The notes under the pieces: generated by a model | Told to the model about the DNA's origin: nothing | Databases searched by the model: none | What the model saw: only the letters and a program-made list of their open reading frames with translations | Shown here: positions 35,602-39,963 of the stretch, piece after piece | Layout of the letters: the number at the start of each line of letters is the position of its first letter | Position numbering within the stretch: the stretch's first letter is position 1 | Origin: Candidatus Bathyarchaeia archaeon | Lineage (GTDB): Archaea > Thermoproteota > Bathyarchaeia > Bathyarchaeales > Bathycorpusculaceae | Reading direction: 5' to 3' | DNA: 39,963 bases | NCBI GenBank assembly: GCA_041479765.1 | Contig: JBGOYR010000001.1 | Coordinates: 1-39,963, forward strand | Translations under genes and position numbers: made by a program

Positions 35602-36017
35602 ATGTCAGAGGAGGGTTAACCATCCCGAAGAGGAATGAAATTATAAGAGGAAACCAGAACTTTACGTGCCCGAATCCCTCGTGTGGAAAAGTCTTCGCTA
35701 ACCCGCTGAAGACCGAGAATCTGGGTTCGAAGAATGCGCAAGCTTTTGATGCATGCCCTTATTGTCTGACAGAAATAGTAATTGGCGCAACTTCGCTCGT
35801 CACCGAAGATGAGCAGAAACCAGAGATCAAGACGATCGAAATCCAAGAACCAGATGAACCCCTGATGAAAGAGAAACACGTTCAACCGACTGCAACGCCC
35901 CATTGCTCCCATCAGCTTGGTTACCTGAGCAAGCGCTCGCCAAAAGAAAAGATACCTGAAGAGTGCATGATGTGCAACAGTATTGTCCAATGCATGCTCA
36001 AGAAATTAACAGGATGA
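35602..36017 (+). CDS. Zinc-ribbon protein (Cys4 ribbon plus C-terminal Cys/His cluster) lacking an in-frame canonical start
   Basis: The frame is open from 35577 to the TGA at 36015-36017 and encodes ...IPKRNEIIRGNQNFTCPNPSCGKVFANPL...AFDACPYCLTEIV...PHCSHQLGYLSKRSPKEKIPEECMMCNSIVQCMLKKLTG. The first in-frame ATG/GTG/TTG is only 50 codons from the end. An ATG at 35602 is one base out of frame (MSEEG then TAA). GGAGGG at 35609-35614 precedes an in-frame ATC at 35622. Confidence 0.55.
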
Positions 36018-36093
36018 GCTGAGGGCTCATGACAAGCGCGTGTCCTTTCAGACTCTTGGCAATGTCCTAAGTAAGACATAGGAGACAACGTGA

Positions 36094-36468
36094 TTGGCGG
36101 CTACTCTGCAGAAGAGAACCCTTGGTCCCCTTACTTCAGTCATTCCGCAGGCGAGAGCATTGAACGCTGAAACAGTGACTGCCATTGCCACTGGCTTTCT
36201 TAAGCGAATTGGACATAAAGGCGGTTTGAAACCCAAGCGGGTTTCATTGGAGGAAGGGGTCTACACCGTCGAGGTTGAAATGAAGAAGCTTGCTGCCATT
36301 GTTCGCGTTGACTCTGAAACGCATGAAATCAAGGAATATGAGATACAGTCTAAGGGCGAAGAGGCGCCTCTACTTTCGGTGTCTCCGAAAACTCTCATTA
36401 TAGTGTTTGGCATCTCTGCGATTGTTTATGTTGTGTTGTCGTTCGCGTTCAAAATGATCGGAATGTAA
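36094..36468 (+). CDS. Tail-anchored small protein with PepSY-like ectodomain pattern
   Basis: 124 aa, with a TTG start 9 nt after GGAG. ...FLKRIGHKGGLKPKRVSLEEGVYTVEVEMKKLAAIVRVDSETHEIKEYEI is followed by a C-terminal TM segment (LIIVFGISAIVYVVLSFAF). Confidence 0.5.
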   Translation: MAATLQKRTLGPLTSVIPQARALNAETVTAIATGFLKRIGHKGGLKPKRVSLEEGVYTVEVEMKKLAAIVRVDSETHEIKEYEIQSKGEEAPLLSVSPKTLIIVFGISAIVYVVLSFAFKMIGM

Positions 36469-36535
36469 GAAGCTGCTTCCTTTCGCGATTCAAAATTCAT
36501 AGGCGCTGAGCAAATTCACGAGGAAGTGAAATCGT

Positions 36536-36913
36536 TTGAAAGCTGCCGTAGCCGCCTTCCTACTGGTCTTCGCTACTGTTGTCGTTGCGGGTGTTGTCTT
36601 CTACCAGTTTGCTTTTGATCTGACGGAGAAGATGAAAACGACTTTCCCGGTGCAGGCGTTGCAGCTTGAATCTTTTGACATCAATGAAACTTGCTTGACG
36701 GTTCGCGTCAGGAATTTTGCGTCTGCCAGTGTGCAAGTGACGGAGATCTATGTAAACGACCAGATTTGCAGGATACAGAAGCCAGTCACGATTATGCCAA
36801 GCAGCATCGGTGCGGTCAACTTGCATGGGAAATACGTTAAAGGTGGAATCTACGTCGTGAAGGTCTTTTCGGGTCTTGGTCTTCCGTTAGTCTTCAACGT
36901 GGAATACCAGTGA
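36536..36913 (+). CDS. N-terminally anchored beta-sandwich-like protein (pilin-like or surface protein candidate)
   Basis: 125 aa, with a TTG start after GAGGAAGTGA. An N-terminal hydrophobic helix AAVAAFLLVFATVVVAGVVFY is followed by beta-rich sequence (LTVRVRNFASASVQVTEIYVN...). Confidence 0.5.
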   Translation: MKAAVAAFLLVFATVVVAGVVFYQFAFDLTEKMKTTFPVQALQLESFDINETCLTVRVRNFASASVQVTEIYVNDQICRIQKPVTIMPSSIGAVNLHGKYVKGGIYVVKVFSGLGLPLVFNVEYQ

Positions 36914-36949
36914 AAACGCTTTGTTCAAAAATTAGAGTTTGGAGATTTG

Positions 36950-37318
36950 CTACTGTTTCTCCTCTTTCCGCTTCCTTTCTGGTTTCTTTTCTTCCTCGGT
37001 CTTCTCCGGTTCGGCAGCAGGCTCTTCTTTCTTCTCTTCCATCTCGCTGGTGAGTTCCTCTATTGGTTTCGGTGGCGGTGTTGTAGCCATGGTCCAGCCT
37101 ATCCATGCACCTATGCCTACTATGGCGACGAATGCGATCAGAACGGGTATTGCTATGGCCCATATTCTGATGTCAAGATCCGTCATTGATATCGCTATCA
37201 ATGAGAGCCATTGTGGCCATGCGAGTGTCAGAACATATAGGATGCCGAGCACGGCGCAAACTATGAATATTGCTACGCCTATTGCTTGATCTTTACTAAC
37301 CATTTTACGTTTCACCAC
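36950..37318 (-). CDS. Two-TM membrane protein with a highly charged Glu/Lys C-terminal tail
   Basis: 122 aa. It has two hydrophobic helices followed by PPPKPIEELTSEMEEKKEEPAAEPEKTEEEKKPERKRKEEKQ. Confidence 0.5.
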   Translation of the reverse strand: MVKRKMVSKDQAIGVAIFIVCAVLGILYVLTLAWPQWLSLIAISMTDLDIRIWAIAIPVLIAFVAIVGIGAWIGWTMATTPPPKPIEELTSEMEEKKEEPAAEPEKTEEEKKPERKRKEEKQ

Positions 37319-37379
37319 ATGTTAGCCAATGTTTATCTCTTTACACCTTTTAAAGTTTACCATGGCTTCAGGTCCGAAG

Positions 37380-38636
37380 CTATGTTGTGCCCATTTCCCA
37401 TGTTGCAAGATACTTCTTCTGCTCGCTTGTTAGCTCGTCGACTTTGATGCCCATTGAGTCTAGTTTTAGCTTTGCAACCGTCTCGTCTATCTCGTTTGGT
37501 ACCTGATAGACCTTCGGCGGTTGTTTAGCTGTCTTGGCTATATATTCTGCGCATAGGGCTTGGTTGGCGAATGACATGTCCATGACTTCTGAGGGGTGGC
37601 CTTCCGCAGCCGCCAGGTTCACAAGTCGGCCATCAGCCAAAAGGTATATCTTTCTGCCATCTTTGAGTGCGTACTCTTCTAGGTTTGGTCGCATGTTTCG
37701 CTTTGAGACGGTCAAGGCTTCAAGGTCTTTTATGTTTATCTCAACGTTAAAGTGACCACTGTTTGCGAGTATGGCTCCGTCTTTCATTGCTTGCATATGT
37801 TCCTTTCTTATGACACTCACATCGCCTGTTGCCGTTACGAATATGTCACCTAAAGCTGCTGCCTCTGCTAGGGGCATCACTCGATACCCGTTCATCGCGG
37901 CTTCAAGCGCTCGGAGTGGATTCACTTCTGTAACGATTACATTTGCTCCCATTCCTTGGGCTCTCATTGCTATTCCCCGGGCACACCAGCCGTATCCGCA
38001 GATCACGAAGTTCTTGCCCGCGAGAAGAATGTTTGTTGCTCTAAGAATCCCGTCTATGGTGCTCTGGCCCGTGCCGTAACGGTTGTCAAACAGGTATTTC
38101 GTATAGGCGTCGTTCACGGCCACTATCGGATATTTCAGTGCACCTGTTTTCTCCATTGCCCTCAGCCGCAGAACTCCGGTTGTCGTTTCCTCTGTCCCGC
38201 CTTTGACGTTTCGAAGCACCTCTGTTCTTTTGCTGTGGATCGTGCCGACAAGGTCGGCGCCATCATCCAAAGTCATGACAGGTTCATAATCCAACACGCG
38301 TTCCACACACCAATAGTATTCATCAGTCGTTTGCTCTCGCCAAGCAAACACGTGAACGCCCTCTTCCGCCAAAGCAGCGGCCACATCGTCTTGCGTGGAG
38401 AGCGGATTGGAGCCACACAGTGCCACTTTTGCCCCGCTTGCCAAGAGTGTTTCAATGAGGACTCCTGTTTCTTTCGTCACGTGCAGGCATGCACCCAATG
38501 TCAGCCCTTTTAGCGGCTCTTCTTTACTGAATCTTTTCTGGATTTGACTTAGAACAGGCATGTGATTTGAAGCCCATTCTATCTGTAAGTGCCCTTTCGA
38601 AGCTAGAGAGGGATCCTTAACTTTAGAATCTTCCAT
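37380..38636 (-). CDS. ahcY: S-adenosyl-L-homocysteine hydrolase family (archaeal short type; could be an S-inosylhomocysteine hydrolase)
   Basis: 418 aa. It has the NAD-binding [10 protein letters not shown], then DDGADL and NSGHFNVEI. Confidence 0.85.
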   Translation of the reverse strand: MEDSKVKDPSLASKGHLQIEWASNHMPVLSQIQKRFSKEEPLKGLTLGACLHVTKETGVLIETLLASGAKVALCGSNPLSTQDDVAAALAEEGVHVFAWREQTTDEYYWCVERVLDYEPVMTLDDGADLVGTIHSKRTEVLRNVKGGTEETTTGVLRLRAMEKTGALKYPIVAVNDAYTKYLFDNRYGTGQSTIDGILRATNILLAGKNFVICGYGWCARGIAMRAQGMGANVIVTEVNPLRALEAAMNGYRVMPLAEAAALGDIFVTATGDVSVIRKEHMQAMKDGAILANSGHFNVEINIKDLEALTVSKRNMRPNLEEYALKDGRKIYLLADGRLVNLAAAEGHPSEVMDMSFANQALCAEYIAKTAKQPPKVYQVPNEIDETVAKLKLDSMGIKVDELTSEQKKYLATWEMGTT

Positions 38637-38673
38637 ACTGCTTCGCCTTCATTCATGCTCATTCATAGTTTGG

Positions 38674-39963
38674 CTATTTAACATTGGCGTCCAACTTCTC
38701 AAGAAGGATCCTTTTGGCCTTTTCAGTATTCTCCATAACCCTTTCAACGTCAACAGTGGTCAGTCTCATTTCTTCCATAACAATCTTGCCATTGACTATC
38801 ACCGTCTCAACGTCCGATCCTTTCACCGCATACACCAGATGACTGGCCTCGTTGAAAAGCGGACAAAGATGCTGCTTCTTGAAATCCACTATCACTAGAT
38901 CTGCCCGTTTGCCAACTTCAATTGAACCTATCCCGCTATCCCACGACAATGCCTCCGCACCCTTCATAGTTGCCATTTCTAGGACTTGTTGGACAGGCAT
39001 CAACGTTGGATCCCTGTTCATTCCCTTGTGCAGAAGGGCTGCAGCTTTCATGGCTTCAAACATGTCTGCAGAGTTGTTCGAGCACGGACTATCCGTGCCC
39101 AGTGAAACTACTATTCCTCTCCTCAGCATCTCCGGAACTGGACTTACGCCTGAAGCGAGCTTAAGGTTCGATATAGGGTTGTGCGAAACCTTTGTCTTTG
39201 TACTTTTCATTACACTCAAGTCTTCGTCGGTCAGTGCTACACAATGCGCTGCAATGACGTGTTCGTCTAGAACACCAAGCGACTTCAGGTATTCCATCAT
39301 GCCGTTCTTGATCCGCACGTTGAACGCCTTCCGAGTCTTGACAGGTTCGTCCTCGGTTTCAGCAATGTGGACATGCCCTATTATGGGGGCTTTCTCTGAA
39401 CCGTACTTACTATTCAGTTCTTGTTTAGTCTCTTTCAATTCCTTCATGTATTCTGGGTCAACAGTGTAAGGCGCATGCGGGTCCACGCTGACACGGATCA
39501 AACCATCTGCCTTGTCATGCCATTTCTTAGCCAAATCCTCTAATGCGTTCTTGTCCTCCTTCTTTCTCCATGAAAAGCATACGTGGCCCACCACTCCTCG
39601 GAGGCCTGCGTCTGCAAAGGCTTCTGCTTCGTTTCCGTCTGGGGAGTAGTGGTACATGGTGTTTACGGTTGTGGTTCCGCTCGTTATCGATTCTGCTGCT
39701 GTCAATAAGGCGCCCGTGTAGATATCGCGGGGCGTCATGTGGCTTTCGATTGGCCATATCCATTTTTCAAGCCATTCTTGAAGCGGTAAATCATCTGCAT
39801 AACCTCTCAAGAGGCTCATAGCAGCGTGCTGATGCGTGTTTATCAAGCCAGGTATGGCAACTTTATCCTTGGCGTCTATCTTCTCGTAGCCGGTCCGGTA
39901 CTTCCTTCTTAGGTCGTTAGTCTTTCCTACTTCGACGATGGTTTTGCCTTCTACGGCGATCGC
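38674..39963 (-). CDS. Amidohydrolase-family deaminase (MtaD/DadD-type 5'-methylthioadenosine / S-adenosylhomocysteine deaminase), 5' end truncated by the window edge
   Basis: The frame stays open from 39846 to 39963 (AIAVEGKTIVEVGKTNDLRRKY...KVAIPGLINTHQHAAMS), so the track's M at 39846 is an internal TTG. Metal ligands are HxH (THQH), HVHIAET, AAHCV and LGTDS. Confidence 0.8.
   Translation of the reverse strand, partial: AIAVEGKTIVEVGKTNDLRRKYRTGYEKIDAKDKVAIPGLINTHQHAAMSLLRGYADDLPLQEWLEKWIWPIESHMTPRDIYTGALLTAAESITSGTTTVNTMYHYSPDGNEAEAFADAGLRGVVGHVCFSWRKKEDKNALEDLAKKWHDKADGLIRVSVDPHAPYTVDPEYMKELKETKQELNSKYGSEKAPIIGHVHIAETEDEPVKTRKAFNVRIKNGMMEYLKSLGVLDEHVIAAHCVALTDEDLSVMKSTKTKVSHNPISNLKLASGVSPVPEMLRRGIVVSLGTDSPCSNNSADMFEAMKAAALLHKGMNRDPTLMPVQQVLEMATMKGAEALSWDSGIGSIEVGKRADLVIVDFKKQHLCPLFNEASHLVYAVKGSDVETVIVNGKIVMEEMRLTTVDVERVMENTEKAKRILLEKLDANVK

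Noticed and set aside
35614-35619. Stop-codon recoding (readthrough of TAA at 35617) to join the ATG at 35602 to the zinc-ribbon frame
   Set aside because: Readthrough would stay in the wrong frame, which hits another stop (TAA at 35644-35646) within 9 codons. Only a one-base frame change links the two.
35616-35990. 124-aa minus-strand ORF listed in the track
   Set aside because: Its composition (Arg/Leu/Phe-rich, no motifs) looks non-coding. The opposite strand encodes a clear double zinc-cluster protein across the same span.
1-39963. CRISPR arrays, rRNA genes, transposases, toxin-antitoxin pairs
   Set aside because: I noticed no regularly spaced 25-40 bp repeats, rRNA-like sequence or recognisable IS or TA gene products while reading both strands. 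A tool-based scan could still find small elements I missed.

Overview
This is an archaeal chromosomal window of about 50 genes. I read it by hand from the ORF track and the raw sequence, with no database search. The markers present are family-D DNA polymerase (DP2 at 13263-16679, DP1 at 25171-26733), Orc1/Cdc6 (23872-25152), Alba, Sec61beta, an Elf1-like zinc ribbon, GGGP synthase, a delta-alpha-beta-gamma 2-oxoacid:ferredoxin oxidoreductase operon and an intron-containing tRNA-Ser. Together they suggest a PolD-bearing, non-crenarchaeal archaeon of TACK type, such as Bathyarchaeia or Thaumarchaeota (inference). GGAGG-type Shine-Dalgarno sites and TTG/GTG starts are frequent. Most of the window is housekeeping: aminotransferases, SHMT, NadE plus a separate CN-hydrolase, GNATs, an MFS transporter, an ABC importer, nucleoside phosphorylase, and SAH hydrolase next to an MTA/SAH-type deaminase. 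The stand-out region is about 20.99-23.88 kb. It contains a predicted replication origin directly upstream of orc1/cdc6. The origin has three 20-22 bp ORB-like boxes (19/22 identity between two of them, which are in opposite orientation), a half-box and a roughly 25% G+C stretch. It is interleaved with an array of CTTCACA heptamers. Next to it lie two convergent uncharacterised winged-helix genes, one of them membrane-anchored with a long coiled coil. Both have TCACA/TGTGA palindromes in their promoters, and the upstream one sits in a dense array of 12 TCACA/TGTGA cores. I propose this as an undescribed origin-associated DNA-binding module; this is a hypothesis, not demonstrated. Other notable items are a 406-aa beta-solenoid (bactofilin-like) protein with a strict 17-residue [DE][VI]GG repeat, a Cys4 zinc-ribbon ORF with no canonical start codon that the ORF track hides behind an antisense ORF, a SAM-methyltransferase split by a one-base frame break, and a cluster of small membrane proteins at 35.3-37.3 kb. 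I found no CRISPR array, transposase, integrase or rRNA.
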